Positions 19,071-29,508 are shown, counted from the stretch's first letter. The stretch: 64,000 bases of DNA from an uncultured Verrucomicrobiae bacterium (GCA_963837955.1 CAWIPH010000002.1:3776001-3840000), one strand, 5' to 3'. The notes: generated by a model from the sequence alone, not told the origin. Program-made: numbers and translations.

Positions 19071-19380
19071 AGTCGGAAGCCGCGATTCAAGATAGCCTAG
19101 AGGGCGAAGCCCTAGGAACATAAATAAAGGAGAGATTTAGCGCTGTCGGACTCGCTCCATCAAAATTGATGAGCGCGTTTTCAGCGGCGAAGCTGCGACT
19201 CAGGATAGCCTAGAGGGCAGCGCCCTAGGAATTCGGATCCCCAACGCCGTACGCGCTGAAGGCGCGTCTCAACGTGGTCTGGAGCGATGTGCTCTCACGC
19301 GCTTTCAGCGCTAAGCCTCTTTTGTATTCTTGTTCCAAGGGCTTCGCCCTCTAGGCTATCTTGAAACGCGTCCTTGGCGC
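19071..19380. repeat. Class L inverted-repeat element with a duplicated left arm
   Basis: GATAGCCTAGAGGGC(GAA/AGC)GCCCTAGGAA at ~19091 and ~19204; inverse arm TTCCAAGGGCTTCGCCCTCTAGGCTATC at ~19333; GCGCTGAA(A/G)GCGC hairpins. Confidence 0.8.
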
Positions 19381-19641
19381 TCTTCCAGCTCCTAAATTTC
19401 CGTCTCACGGCGCACGAAAATATCGAAGTGCCGAGCGAACGTGAGCCGCCCTACGCCCAGGACTTCACCATTATTTCTGAGCTGCCGGCTCATATAAATT
19501 TTCGCCCTGCCGATCGTGCGCGAGATCTACGCCGCACGCCCGGCTCACAGATCCTGCATTCGCCGGGCGGTCGGGTTTCGCCCTAGCGCGACGCTCATAG
19601 CGTTGACGGATGACTGCGCTCGATGTCTGATATGGTGAAAT

Positions 19642-20616
19642 ATGGCGCGGGTCGATGAATTGCGATTAATGGCCAAAATCGCTATGCTGTACTACGAACG
19701 GGGCCTCAAACAGAGTCAGATCGCTCAACAACTCGAAATCTCCCAGGCAACGATTTCGCGTCTCTTAAAGCGCGCTGAGGAGGAGCAGATCGTCCGGATC
19801 AATGTGCGTGTTCCAGTGGGCGCTTTCCCAGATCTGGAAGATCAGGTCGAGAAAATATACGAAATTAAGGAGGCCGTCGTGGTTGATTGTTTAAGTGACG
19901 ACGATCAAATCCTACGAGATTTGGGTGCCGCCGCGGCATTCTATCTCGAGACGACGCTTAAGTCGGGAGAAGTTCTTGGGATATCTTCTTGGAGTTCGAC
20001 ACTGCTCGCGATGGTTGATGCGATGGACCCTTTCCCTCGGCATTTCCAGGCTCAGGTCATTCAGATTTTGGGGGGCAGCGGTAACCCTGGGGCCGCCCAT
20101 CACGCGGTCCAACTCGTTCGTCGCCTGGCGAACCTAGTTAACGGCGCAGGTCATTTTCTCCCGGCTCCGGGAGTGACTGGTTCACCCGAAGCGCAACGAG
20201 CTTTTCTCGAAGACGCCTACGTAAAGGATGCCCTGGGTCGCTTCAGCGATGTTACACTGGCTCTGGTCGGAATCGGCTCAGTCGACCCATCGCAGCTGCT
20301 CGCGTTAAGCGGCAATGTTTTTTCGCCGGAGGAACTCGACCAATTGCGCCAGTTGGGTGCGGTGGGTGATGTCTGTCTTCGCTTTTTTGACGTGAACGGT
20401 AACCCGATCGAGAATTCACTCGATAAGCGGGTAATCGGGATGCAGTTGGAACAACTCCGCAAAGTCGAGCGGTCTGTCGGGATCGCCGGCGGTAAACGAA
20501 AATTCGAGGCAATCCGCGGGGCTCTCCGAGGCAAATTAATCAACGTGCTCATCACCGATCGCCGGACGGCCGAGCGGCTGGTCGAAAATGGGAACGCGGA
20601 GTCGAGCGAAGCTTGA
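19642..20616 (+). CDS. SorC/DeoR(LsrR)-family sugar-binding transcriptional regulator
   Basis: 'MLYYERGLKQSQIA..ISRLL', 'LALVGIG', 'GAVGDVC..FFD', 'LITD'. Confidence 0.95.
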   Translation: MARVDELRLMAKIAMLYYERGLKQSQIAQQLEISQATISRLLKRAEEEQIVRINVRVPVGAFPDLEDQVEKIYEIKEAVVVDCLSDDDQILRDLGAAAAFYLETTLKSGEVLGISSWSSTLLAMVDAMDPFPRHFQAQVIQILGGSGNPGAAHHAVQLVRRLANLVNGAGHFLPAPGVTGSPEAQRAFLEDAYVKDALGRFSDVTLALVGIGSVDPSQLLALSGNVFSPEELDQLRQLGAVGDVCLRFFDVNGNPIENSLDKRVIGMQLEQLRKVERSVGIAGGKRKFEAIRGALRGKLINVLITDRRTAERLVENGNAESSEA

Positions 20617-20631
20617 CCGCAAGCATCAGAA

Positions 20632-21339
20632 ATGCCAAGTCGCGCGCCGGCCGCACGTCCAAGGAAACAGTACAAACAGCGCTTCTTCGAGAAGGTCATG
20701 GCCACGGCGCCGCGCGCTGTCCTCGAAATCGGCTGTGGACGAGGCGTCTTTCTGAAGGATGCAGCCAAGCGCGGATGCAGAGTCGCCGGCATCGAAGTAA
20801 ACGAAGATCTCCTGGCTGAACTCCGGGAGGCCGGTATCGAAGCGCAGCTCGGGCGCGCAGAGAAGTTACCTTTTAAGAATGGAGACTTCGACGCTGTGGT
20901 TTTCCAGTATGTTCTGCACCATTGTGAAAACCTCGCCCAAGCTTTAGCAGAGGCCGTTCGGGTCGCTCAGAGCAGCGTGTTCGTCCTAGAGGCCTGGTAC
21001 GATCAGTCTATTGCGTCTCAACGCGTAGCTTTAAGCTACGACCTGTGGTCAAAGACGATCGACCGTCGGACTGGAATTGTGAACAACGAATTTCCGAGTG
21101 CGTCCGACCTGCTATCATACTTGCCGAATCTCGATGAATTCTTCCTCGAATACTCGTATCACCTTATCCTCCAACCGGTGCAATTAGAGGCGGTTCGGGC
21201 TGCGGGCGAAGCACAACTTGCTAAGATCGGCCACGATCTTACCCTTCGTGGCCAACTTGAAGCCATTCTTGAGGAAGCGAGACAAGTCGGATTCAGCGAT
21301 GACGGCGCACTATCAATGGCGATCCGGAAAAGACCATGA
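20632..21339 (+). CDS. Class I SAM-dependent methyltransferase
   Basis: 'VLEIGCGRG', 'AEKLPF..FDAV..VLHH'; start uncertain. Confidence 0.85.
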   Translation: MPSRAPAARPRKQYKQRFFEKVMATAPRAVLEIGCGRGVFLKDAAKRGCRVAGIEVNEDLLAELREAGIEAQLGRAEKLPFKNGDFDAVVFQYVLHHCENLAQALAEAVRVAQSSVFVLEAWYDQSIASQRVALSYDLWSKTIDRRTGIVNNEFPSASDLLSYLPNLDEFFLEYSYHLILQPVQLEAVRAAGEAQLAKIGHDLTLRGQLEAILEEARQVGFSDDGALSMAIRKRP

Positions 21340-21384
21340 GCGAGTCGACAAGCCATTGAATGAAGCAACGCCCACGCCCCGATC

Positions 21385-21509
21385 CGGAGAGGAGCCGCTT
21401 CCGACGGCCGGGAATAATCCTAACACGCACCGAGCGATCGAGACCAGACATCCACCGGTGTTTGCTTTGCGCTGGATTGTTCCCGGGAGCCGCGAGCGGC
21501 TCCCCTCCG
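21385..21509. repeat. Inverted REP pair (REPIN-like), GGAG family R3
   Basis: CGGAGAGGAGCCGCTT..GGGAATAATCC faces GGATTGTTCCCGGGAGCCGCGAGCGGCTCCCCTCCG; homologous to 59499-59624. Confidence 0.75.
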
Positions 21510-21524
21510 AGTCAGGGAGCCCTA

Positions 21525-22973
21525 TCAGCACCGCGATTTTGCCACTGCCGTTTGCCAGCCTTCATAAAGATCTGCCCGTCGTTGCGCAGCCATCTTTGGC
21601 TCGAACCGATCGAATTCGCGCGGTAAGCCGGCTATCTCATCTACTCCCGACCAAACACCCGCGGCCAGGCCGGCCAAAAACGCAGCCCCAAGCGCCGAAA
21701 CATCTGGTGAGGTGTTTCGCAATACCGGGCAGCCCAAAATATCAGCCTGAAACTGCATGAGCTGATCATTGCGGGTGGCTCCGCCGTCCGCTAACAGAGC
21801 TTCCAACGTTCTTCCCGACTCGGCCTGCATCAGGTCGAATACATCTCGAATCTGATAGGCGATTGAATCGATGACTGCTCGAGCAACCTGTCTGCTAGTC
21901 GTACCACGAGTGACTCCGCAAATAATTCCCCGAGCCGCCTCATCCCAATACGGTGCACCTAAACCAACAAACGCCGGCACTACATAGACACCTTCCGTAT
22001 CCGTTACTGACCGCGCTAGTTCGGCGACTCGATCGGCTGGGTTTTCTGCGCCGAGGAATTGGCCAAACCACTGAACTGCTGCCCCAGTCACCGAAATATT
22101 GCCTTCGAGTGCGTAAGTGATGGTCTTCAACCCCCAGGCAATCGTCGAGGATATCCCCCGATCGGATATGAGCGGCTGGTGTGTCGGGGTCATCAGTGAA
22201 GAACCGGTTCCGTAAGTGGCCTTGATCGATCCAGGAAGAAATCCGCGCTGTCCGAAAAGGGCGGCATGTGAATCACCAATCAGACTGCCGATCGGAAACT
22301 TCCATTGGGTTTCACCGATGATCTCCGATGAGTGATGAATATCTGGGAGACATTCGCGCGGGACCTCGAAAAGTTCTAGCAGCTCATCGTCCCATTGGGC
22401 AGTCCGAAGATTGAGCAATTGCGTTCGAGCCGCGTTGCTCACGTCAGTAGCATGCACCGCACCGCCGGTTAACTTCCAAAGCAGCCAGCTATCGACATTG
22501 CCAATACAAACTCGCTCTCCGCTGATACCCTTTTTTTCAGCCTCCTTCAGCAACCATCGCGCTTTGGTTGCCGAGAATAATGGATCGATAGTTAATCCGG
22601 TCCGCTCGAGTAGAAACCGTTCCAGTCCCCGATCCCGTAACTCGTGACAAAACTCGGCCGTTCGCCGGCATTGCCATACCACTGCCGGCCCGAGCGGTTC
22701 GCCAGTTTGCCGATCCCAAATCAGCACGGTCTCACGCTGATTTGAGATGCCCAACACCTTTGGTATTTCCGGCGAGATCTGTTGCAGACAGGAATCGATG
22801 ACTGATTCCACCCCTTGCCAGATCGCTATCGGGTTCTGCTCAACCCAGGCGGGCTTGGGAAAGCTGATTTCGACGGGCACCGAGGCGCGGGCAAGAATTT
22901 TGCCACCGCGATCAACAACGATCGCCTTGGTATTTGTGGTGCCTTGGTCAATTGCTAGGACTAGGTCAGGCAT
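21525..22973 (-). CDS. FGGY carbohydrate kinase (glycerol-kinase-like; candidate apulose kinase)
   Basis: 'AIDQGTT', 'NQRET', 'GDSHAALFG', 'TYGTG', 'DGGA'; last gene of the transketolase operon. Confidence 0.9.
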   Translation of the reverse strand: MPDLVLAIDQGTTNTKAIVVDRGGKILARASVPVEISFPKPAWVEQNPIAIWQGVESVIDSCLQQISPEIPKVLGISNQRETVLIWDRQTGEPLGPAVVWQCRRTAEFCHELRDRGLERFLLERTGLTIDPLFSATKARWLLKEAEKKGISGERVCIGNVDSWLLWKLTGGAVHATDVSNAARTQLLNLRTAQWDDELLELFEVPRECLPDIHHSSEIIGETQWKFPIGSLIGDSHAALFGQRGFLPGSIKATYGTGSSLMTPTHQPLISDRGISSTIAWGLKTITYALEGNISVTGAAVQWFGQFLGAENPADRVAELARSVTDTEGVYVVPAFVGLGAPYWDEAARGIICGVTRGTTSRQVARAVIDSIAYQIRDVFDLMQAESGRTLEALLADGGATRNDQLMQFQADILGCPVLRNTSPDVSALGAAFLAGLAAGVWSGVDEIAGLPREFDRFEPKMAAQRRADLYEGWQTAVAKSRC

Positions 22974-23045
22974 GGAAGACGGAATTTGGAATACAGAATA
23001 CCGAAGCTAAGAGCCCATAACCGTTATTCGAACAACTGGAAAGAT

Positions 23046-23271
23046 CGGTAGGGACCGGCTCCCGACTACGCGAAACGCTTCGTCGCGGCCGTTCTATGGT
23101 GTTTCTCAAACTCAACGCTAGGGCGCGCCGTAGCTTGCGAAGGAGGCCCGTCGGTCCTCACCAGCGTTGTCCCCCTCGCCAGAAGCATTTTGAAAGGATC
23201 TTTCTGCTATGTTTCCCAGAATCGTCACGGACGAGATAAAAACACGTACGGGCGGGAGCCCGTCCCTACCG
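23046..23271. repeat. Inverted REP pair, GTAGGGAC family R4, with inserted mini-hairpin modules
   Basis: CGGTAGGGACCGGCTCCCG[insert]GCCGT ... ACGGGCGGGAGCCCGTCCCTACCG. Confidence 0.75.
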
Positions 23272-23288
23272 TTTCGGTCAGAGGATAT

Positions 23289-24065
23289 TCACCAGCAGAC
23301 AAACCCGCCATCGACAATCAAATCCACACCCGTACAAAATGAAGCGGCTCGGCTGAGCAAGAAAACGGCTGGTCCAACGATTTCATCAACGGTCGCCATC
23401 CGGCCCAGCGGGGTATCTGCTTCAAATTGCTTGCGCTGTTCCGCCACCTCCGGCCTTATATTCATCGGTGTAAGCGTGTAACCGGGACTGATCGAGTTAA
23501 CTCGCACGCCGCGGTCGACCCATTCCATGGCCAGACTCTTCGTGAGATGCATCACGCCGGCTTTCGAAGTGTTGTAGTGCGCCTGTAAGATTCCTCGATT
23601 GACGATGCTTCCGGACATGGACGCTATATTAACGATCGAGCCCTCCCGGCGCGGCAGCATGACCTTGCTCTCGGCTTGGCATGATAGAAATACACCGGTA
23701 AGATTCACGTCGAGCATTCGTTGCCACTGAGCCAAGGGCATTTCTTCCGCTGCCGCAGCGTTGGCGATACCGGCACAGTTCACGGCAAGCGTTAACGGGC
23801 CAAGATTGCGCTCGACGACTTCGACCGCAGCGATAAGGTCGGCGCCCTGTGTAACATCTCCGGTTACAGAAATGACTTTTCTCCCGAAGGCATGTATCTG
23901 TTCCAACGTGGCCTTTAACCCGCTGCTGGAAGGCAAATCGAAACATGCGACCGAAGCGCCAGCTTCGGCTAACCCGATGGCGATCCGCTGACCGATGCCG
24001 CTACCGGCTCCAGTTACGAATGCGGTCTTCCCCTCTAAACTAAATAGGTTCAAATCTAAGCTCAT
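23289..24065 (-). CDS. SDR oxidoreductase, probable polyol dehydrogenase
   Basis: 'TGAGSGIG', 'NCAGI', 'ASMSG', catalytic 'YNTSK', 'SPGY'. Confidence 0.88.
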   Translation of the reverse strand: MSLDLNLFSLEGKTAFVTGAGSGIGQRIAIGLAEAGASVACFDLPSSSGLKATLEQIHAFGRKVISVTGDVTQGADLIAAVEVVERNLGPLTLAVNCAGIANAAAAEEMPLAQWQRMLDVNLTGVFLSCQAESKVMLPRREGSIVNIASMSGSIVNRGILQAHYNTSKAGVMHLTKSLAMEWVDRGVRVNSISPGYTLTPMNIRPEVAEQRKQFEADTPLGRMATVDEIVGPAVFLLSRAASFCTGVDLIVDGGFVCW

Positions 24066-24086
24066 ATGTCCTCCGCAAATCGCGGC

Positions 24087-25598
24087 TTAAGCTGTGGCCA
24101 GGTGCATAATTGCAACATTGGTCGCCTCAGCCGACTCGAGAATACCTTTTTGCCGGCCCCGGCTCAGAACAAGTACGCGGTGAGCCAGTCCAATAACTTC
24201 TTCCAAATCAGAGCTAACGACTACCACAGCCATTCCAGCCCTCGCCAAACCTGCAATGGTCTCGTAGATGGCAGCGCGTGCACCCATATCGATGCCACGG
24301 GTTGGTTCATCCAGGATAAACACTTTCGGCGACCGCGAAATCCAGCGGGCGATGACAACTTTTTGCTGATTACCACCCGACAGTGACCGCACCGATTGAC
24401 CTCCCTGCCCTTTTACTCCGAGCTTTTGAATCGCGCGGGTCGCGAAATTCCTGACCTCAGCTGGAGAAATCCAACCGCTGTGCATCAGGAGGTCAAAGTT
24501 CCCGAGCGCAAGATTGCTCGCTACGGTGTGACTCAGCACCAGCCCCTGCGCTTTTCGGTCCTCGGGCACAAGCACTAGTCCCGCTTTAATCGCCTCGCTG
24601 GGGCTAGCCAACCGAAGCCGTTTGCCGGCGACTGTCACACTGCCCGCCTCAACGGGGTCAACGCCGGCAATGCCTCTTACCAACTCTGTTCGGCCGGCGC
24701 CGACAATTCCTGCGATACCAAAGACCTCACCGGCGCGAACTGAAAAACTGACGTTGTGAAACGCACCGTTATCGCCGCTCAGCCCCTCGACCTTCAGGAC
24801 GTCTCGCCCGCTGGGCGGTTCGATCCCCGGGAAGATCCGGTCAACGCTGCGGCCGACCATGTTTTCGAGTAATAATCGCACCGGGACCTGGGCGGTCGGA
24901 TGCTCGGCCACCAGACGCCCATCGCGCAAGACGGTTACTCGGTCAGCGATTCGGGCGATCTCATCCAAACGATGGCTGATGTAAATAAAACTAACCCCTT
25001 GTTTTCGAAGCTGGTCGATCTGGCTGAAAAGCCGTTCCGTTTCTTCTCCCCCGAGTGCGGCGGTTGGTTCATCCAGAATAAGAAGCTTGGCATTGCGGGT
25101 GAGAGCCTTCGCTATCTCCACCAATTGCTGCGCTGCAACCCGCAACGTCCGCACAAGCCGGGTTGGGGCCAGGTCTAGACCTAACCGGCGGAGCTGCTCG
25201 GCTGCCCTTCGATTCATCTCTTCCCGATCGATGAAAAGTCCCTTCCGAGGGAGGTGGCCTACGAAGATATTCTCGGCGATACTCAGATCGGGCAACAGGC
25301 GCAGTTCCTGGTGAATCAAGCCGACGCCTGAGTGCAGGGCGTCTCCGGGAGAAGCCGGCGCGTAAGGGCGGTTTTCAAACATCATGTAGCCGTTATCGGG
25401 CTGGACAAGGCCGGCAATGATCGCGGAGAGAGTCGATTTACCGGCGCCGTTTTCACCGATAACGGCAGATACCTCGCCCGGGTAAACCGCGAGATCGATG
25501 TCGGACAAAACCTGGTGACCGGCAAAGCTCTTGCCCACGCCGCGAACCAAAAGTCGCGCCGATAGGTCACTGCTCGGAGTCACCGGATTGTCCGACAC
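24087..25598 (-). CDS. Sugar ABC transporter ATP-binding protein (RbsA/MglA-like, duplicated NBD)
   Basis: 'GENGAGKST', 'DEPT', 'LSGGNQQK'. Confidence 0.95.
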   Translation of the reverse strand: MSDNPVTPSSDLSARLLVRGVGKSFAGHQVLSDIDLAVYPGEVSAVIGENGAGKSTLSAIIAGLVQPDNGYMMFENRPYAPASPGDALHSGVGLIHQELRLLPDLSIAENIFVGHLPRKGLFIDREEMNRRAAEQLRRLGLDLAPTRLVRTLRVAAQQLVEIAKALTRNAKLLILDEPTAALGGEETERLFSQIDQLRKQGVSFIYISHRLDEIARIADRVTVLRDGRLVAEHPTAQVPVRLLLENMVGRSVDRIFPGIEPPSGRDVLKVEGLSGDNGAFHNVSFSVRAGEVFGIAGIVGAGRTELVRGIAGVDPVEAGSVTVAGKRLRLASPSEAIKAGLVLVPEDRKAQGLVLSHTVASNLALGNFDLLMHSGWISPAEVRNFATRAIQKLGVKGQGGQSVRSLSGGNQQKVVIARWISRSPKVFILDEPTRGIDMGARAAIYETIAGLARAGMAVVVVSSDLEEVIGLAHRVLVLSRGRQKGILESAEATNVAIMHLATA

Positions 25599-25619
25599 TG
25601 GATGTTAGCAATTACTCTC

Positions 25620-26570
25620 TTACGGGTGCTTATCGATATATGGCCCGACATTGTCCTTGGTCGTCAGGACCGCCTCTTGCAGTTGCTCCTTGGGTAAGGT
25701 TTTACCGCTGATAGCATCAAGCGCGGAATTCAAGGCCAACTTGCCCATGCCCTGCGTCTGCTGCGTCATTGTGGCGTCCAGGGTGCCGTCGCGGACAGCC
25801 TTCAATCCGGCAACATCACCGTCAAAGCCAACAACAACTACCTTGTGATCAACGTTAGCAACCTTGATTGCTCGGGCGGCTCCCAAGGCAAGCGCATCCG
25901 CTCGACCAAAAAACACCGTGATATCCGGATGCCGCTGCAGCATGTCTTGGCCGATGGCAAAACCTTCATCTTGCATCCATGCTTTACTTGGCTGCTTGGC
26001 CACTACCTCCAAGCTGGGAAAGTCCTTCAAAGCTTCGTTGAAGCCCTTATCTCGGTCCATCTCGGGCGTGGTGCCCAATTGCCCCTGCAGAATGCCGATC
26101 TTACCTTTTCCGCCGGTTATTTTACCAACGTATTCTCCGAGCGTTTTTGCGGCCGATACACTGTCAGTTGCTATAAAGGTGTCTCCCGGCGCATCCGGCG
26201 GTGTACGATCAACACAAATGACTGGAATATTGGCTGCCTTAGCGGCTTTCACCGGTACTCCAGCGGCGGTGGCGCCGGCCGGAATATAGATGAGGGCTTT
26301 AATTCCGCGGGTAATTAAGTCCTGCACTTGGCTGACCTGGGTTGCCGAATCTCCTTTGGCATCAACGGTAATGACCGTCACACCCTTGGTCTTCGCTTCC
26401 GCTTCAACCGATTGTTTGATCTGATTGAAGAAGTCGGCTTGCAGATTTGCCACGGCCAAGCCAACGGTGACGTCTTTCTGTTGGGCGGAGCCGGGTAGCA
26501 CCGCTCCGAAAGATAAGCTGGCGACAAGCGTCGCGATCAGCGGATTATTCTGGAGGAACGTTAGTTTCAT
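25620..26570 (-). CDS. Sugar/polyol ABC transporter substrate-binding protein (Peripla_BP_4)
   Basis: Signal peptide; 'ANLQADFF', 'VDR', 'GFDG', 'ATMTQ'. Confidence 0.93.
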   Translation of the reverse strand: MKLTFLQNNPLIATLVASLSFGAVLPGSAQQKDVTVGLAVANLQADFFNQIKQSVEAEAKTKGVTVITVDAKGDSATQVSQVQDLITRGIKALIYIPAGATAAGVPVKAAKAANIPVICVDRTPPDAPGDTFIATDSVSAAKTLGEYVGKITGGKGKIGILQGQLGTTPEMDRDKGFNEALKDFPSLEVVAKQPSKAWMQDEGFAIGQDMLQRHPDITVFFGRADALALGAARAIKVANVDHKVVVVGFDGDVAGLKAVRDGTLDATMTQQTQGMGKLALNSALDAISGKTLPKEQLQEAVLTTKDNVGPYIDKHP

Positions 26571-26643
26571 TTATCTATTTGGGGTTAGTTTGACTTCTAC
26601 TTGGTTAAATTCATCGCCGCGCTGCCCTACCGTTTTGCCGGAA

Positions 26644-27657
26644 TCAATTCTCTTTCCGCCGCAGGGTGTCGAAGGTGACAGCTAACGCGATCACCACACC
26701 GATAATGACCTGCTGCACAAAAGGGGAAACACCGGAAAGGTTCAGACCGTTGTGAAGAACGCCGATGATCAGTACGCCGACGACAGTACCGGCAATCCCG
26801 CCAACGCCTCCGCTCAGGCTGGCCCCCCCGATCACCACGGCCGCGATCGTGTCGAGTTCGTAACCGAGTCCGGCGCTCGGCTCAGATGAGTCGAGGCGGC
26901 TCGCCATGGCAATCCCAGCAATACCTGACAACAGGCCGGCCAGAGCATAAACCCAAATAGTGAGCTTCTGGACGTGAATCCCGGCGAGTCGAGCCACCTC
27001 TGCTCCACCCCCAATTGCGTAAAGACTTCGGCCGATCGCGTGATAATTCAGAAAAATCCAACTTACAATTACCAAGGCGATGAAAAGACCAACTGTGACA
27101 GAGAGAAATCCGAAATTTCGAACTGCGGCGAGCGCCGTAAACCAATCGGGGAAACCAACAACTTGCCGGCCGTCTGTGACAATGTTGGCGAGCCCGCGAC
27201 CGACCGACATCATGGTAAGCGTCGCGATGAAGGCCGGCAGCTTGGCCTTAGTAACGAGCAGACCGTTTGCCAGTCCACAGGCGGTTCCGACCAGCAGAGC
27301 AACTGCGACTCCCACCGGGATCGGGACATTCCAGGTATCACGCAGCCATCCCATGATCATCATGGACAACGCCAGAACAGAACCGACCGAAAGATCAATC
27401 CCACCTATGACGATGACTCCAGTCATTCCGATGGCGAGGATCCCCAAAACAGTTACCTGATCGAGAATGTTCAACGCGTTACGGACCGATAAGAACACGT
27501 TGGTCGTGCAGGAGAAGATCACGCAAAGTAATAACAAGCCGAAGAGCGGTCCTTGCACGCCGATGACCCAGTTAGCCCACCCGAATTTGGGCTTGGCCTT
27601 CGCGGGAGCTAACACAGTACTAGCGGCGGCCGGATCCTCTATCTGGGGAGGCATCAT
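26644..27657 (-). CDS. Sugar ABC transporter permease (RbsC-like)
   Basis: 'GGIDLSVGS', 'PAFIATL', 'YELDTIAAVVIGG'. Confidence 0.95.
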   Translation of the reverse strand: MMPPQIEDPAAASTVLAPAKAKPKFGWANWVIGVQGPLFGLLLLCVIFSCTTNVFLSVRNALNILDQVTVLGILAIGMTGVIVIGGIDLSVGSVLALSMMIMGWLRDTWNVPIPVGVAVALLVGTACGLANGLLVTKAKLPAFIATLTMMSVGRGLANIVTDGRQVVGFPDWFTALAAVRNFGFLSVTVGLFIALVIVSWIFLNYHAIGRSLYAIGGGAEVARLAGIHVQKLTIWVYALAGLLSGIAGIAMASRLDSSEPSAGLGYELDTIAAVVIGGASLSGGVGGIAGTVVGVLIIGVLHNGLNLSGVSPFVQQVIIGVVIALAVTFDTLRRKEN

Positions 27658-27664
27658 AAACCAA

Positions 27665-28615
27665 TTACATGTTTCTATTCGTTCGGAGCCGGCGAGCAGT
27701 TTCCGCCAAACCGGGGCCGGAGATTCCGTAGTGCCGAAAGAGTTCTCCCTGACTTCCCGTCATGGTGTACTCATCCGGGAAGCCAACAATTTTGAACGGC
27801 ACCATCCGGCCACGTTGGAGTAACAGAGAAGCGCATGCCTCTCCCAGTCCTCCGTTTACGCTGTGCTCCTCCACTGTGACCAGACCGCGGGTTTCGCTGG
27901 CCGCTCGCAAGACTGCTGCTTCGTCTAACGGCTTGACCGTATGGAAACTCAAGACGCGACAATCGATGCCCTCTCCGGCTAACAACTCCGCAGCCTCGAC
28001 CGCTGGAGCAACCGTTTCGCCACAAGCCAAGAACGAAAGATCGTCTCCATCCCGGACCAGTGAAGCGCGTCCCAATTCGAAACCGGAGCCAACTCGCGGC
28101 AAGTTCGGCATCACTTTCTTGCCGAACCGCAAGTAGACCGGCTTATTAAGCCGGGCAGCGGCTTGCACAGCTTCGCGCGTTTCAAAATTATCACCTGGAG
28201 CGACGATTGTGATGTTGTGAATTGCTCGAAGAGCCGCGAAGTCGTGGAGGGAGTGGTGAGTCGTCCCGAGTGCTCCATAGCTAACTCCGGCACTGATTCC
28301 TACGACCTTGACTGGTCGATCCGAATAGCAGATGTCATTTTTTATCTGCTCCAGCGCTCTAGCGGTCAGGAAGCACGCCGGCGAGACCGCGAACACATTT
28401 TTCCCGGCGGCTGCCAACCCGGCGGCGATTCCGACCAAGTTCTGCTCGGCGATTCCAACCTCGACGACCTGCTCTGGGTAGGCGCTGGTAAATGGAGCCA
28501 ATCTGCCCGATCCCCGAGAGTCGCTGGTGACGACGAGGATATCCCTATTCGCTTTGGCCAATTCCAGTAACGTCGCAGCGAACACGTCAAGATTGGACGA
28601 CGTTCCCTCCGTCAC
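27665..28615 (-). CDS. Split transketolase, C-terminal subunit (apulose-4-phosphate transketolase AptB-like)
   Basis: 'VGIAEQ', 'YGALGTTHHSLHD', 'PVYLRFG', 'EEHS..GGLG'. Confidence 0.92.
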   Translation of the reverse strand: MTEGTSSNLDVFAATLLELAKANRDILVVTSDSRGSGRLAPFTSAYPEQVVEVGIAEQNLVGIAAGLAAAGKNVFAVSPACFLTARALEQIKNDICYSDRPVKVVGISAGVSYGALGTTHHSLHDFAALRAIHNITIVAPGDNFETREAVQAAARLNKPVYLRFGKKVMPNLPRVGSGFELGRASLVRDGDDLSFLACGETVAPAVEAAELLAGEGIDCRVLSFHTVKPLDEAAVLRAASETRGLVTVEEHSVNGGLGEACASLLLQRGRMVPFKIVGFPDEYTMTGSQGELFRHYGISGPGLAETARRLRTNRNM

Positions 28616-29451
28616 GCGATCGAGGCCTCCGCCTGCTCTAATTCCTGAATGGCTTGTTCGAATTCCTGGTCATTCGGCACCCGGTGATGCCAACGGACAG
28701 AGTTCTCCATGAAGCTGATGCCGCAACCTTTGCGCGTCTTAGCGAGCAACAGGCTGGGCTGACCAGCAACGAACGGAACCGATTCCAAATGAGCCAGAAG
28801 TTCGGCAATGTTGTTTCCGTCACACTCTCGCACAGCAAATCCGAACGCCTCGAACTTTAAGTGAAGAGGCTCCAGCTGAACGACTTCTTCGGTCGGACCG
28901 GTAATCTGAAGCCCATTGCGATCGACGATTGCGACCAGATTATCGAGCCGATAATGACCAGCCGTCATGGCCGCCTCCCAGTTTGACCCCTCTGCCAGCT
29001 CACCATCACCGAGCAAGGTGAATACGCGATAATCCTGTCGATCAAGCTTCGCAGCCAGCGCACACCCAACAGCGAACGACAAGCCATGGCCCAGGGCGCC
29101 CGTGTTTTGCTCAACCCCATTCACATGCCTGGTTGGGTGGCCGATGAAATGCGAACCAAAGTGATTCAACGTTTCCAGCTCGGACTGTGGGAAAAACCCG
29201 CGATCCGCCAAAACGGTATAAAGAGCCTCAACGGAGTGTCCCTTGCTCTGCACAAATCGGTCGCGATTGCGATTGTGAAACGTTGCCGGACTCAGGCGCA
29301 GGATCCGGTTATAGAGAACGTTGAGTATGTCGATACTTGAAAGGCTGCCGCCGGTATGGCCGGCTCCTCCATGTTTAATAATGGAGAGAACGGTTTTGCG
29401 GTAGTGGATGGACTTAAGCTGGAGCTGTTGAAGTGATGGGGAGAGATCCAT
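28612..29451 (-). CDS. Split transketolase, N-terminal TPP-binding subunit (AptA-like)
   Basis: 'GHTGGSLS', 'SKGH', 'TGALGHG', TPP motif 'GDGE..EG..WE..DRN'. Confidence 0.93.
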   Translation of the reverse strand: MDLSPSLQQLQLKSIHYRKTVLSIIKHGGAGHTGGSLSSIDILNVLYNRILRLSPATFHNRNRDRFVQSKGHSVEALYTVLADRGFFPQSELETLNHFGSHFIGHPTRHVNGVEQNTGALGHGLSFAVGCALAAKLDRQDYRVFTLLGDGELAEGSNWEAAMTAGHYRLDNLVAIVDRNGLQITGPTEEVVQLEPLHLKFEAFGFAVRECDGNNIAELLAHLESVPFVAGQPSLLLAKTRKGCGISFMENSVRWHHRVPNDQEFEQAIQELEQAEASIA

Positions 29452-29456
29452 GCCTT

Positions 29457-29470
29457 TGCATGTTTATGCA
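29457..29470. promoter_or_regulatory. Candidate repressor operator TGCAT-N4-ATGCA
   Basis: TGCATGTTTATGCA between the predicted promoter and the ATG; similar sites at 29596 and 37268. Confidence 0.6.
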
Positions 29471-29480
29471 GATGCGTGTA

Positions 29481-29508
29481 ATTATGTTGCGCGCTGGCAC
29501 GTTGTCAA
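29481..29508 (-). promoter_or_regulatory. Sigma-70 promoter of the transketolase operon
   Basis: Minus strand TTGACA-N16-CATAAT, about 30 nt upstream of the ATG at 29451. Confidence 0.65.

Noticed and set aside
21525..22973. Plain glycerol kinase (glpK) call
   Set aside because: No glpD/glpF nearby, and the operon context favours another ketose substrate, so the symbol is withheld.
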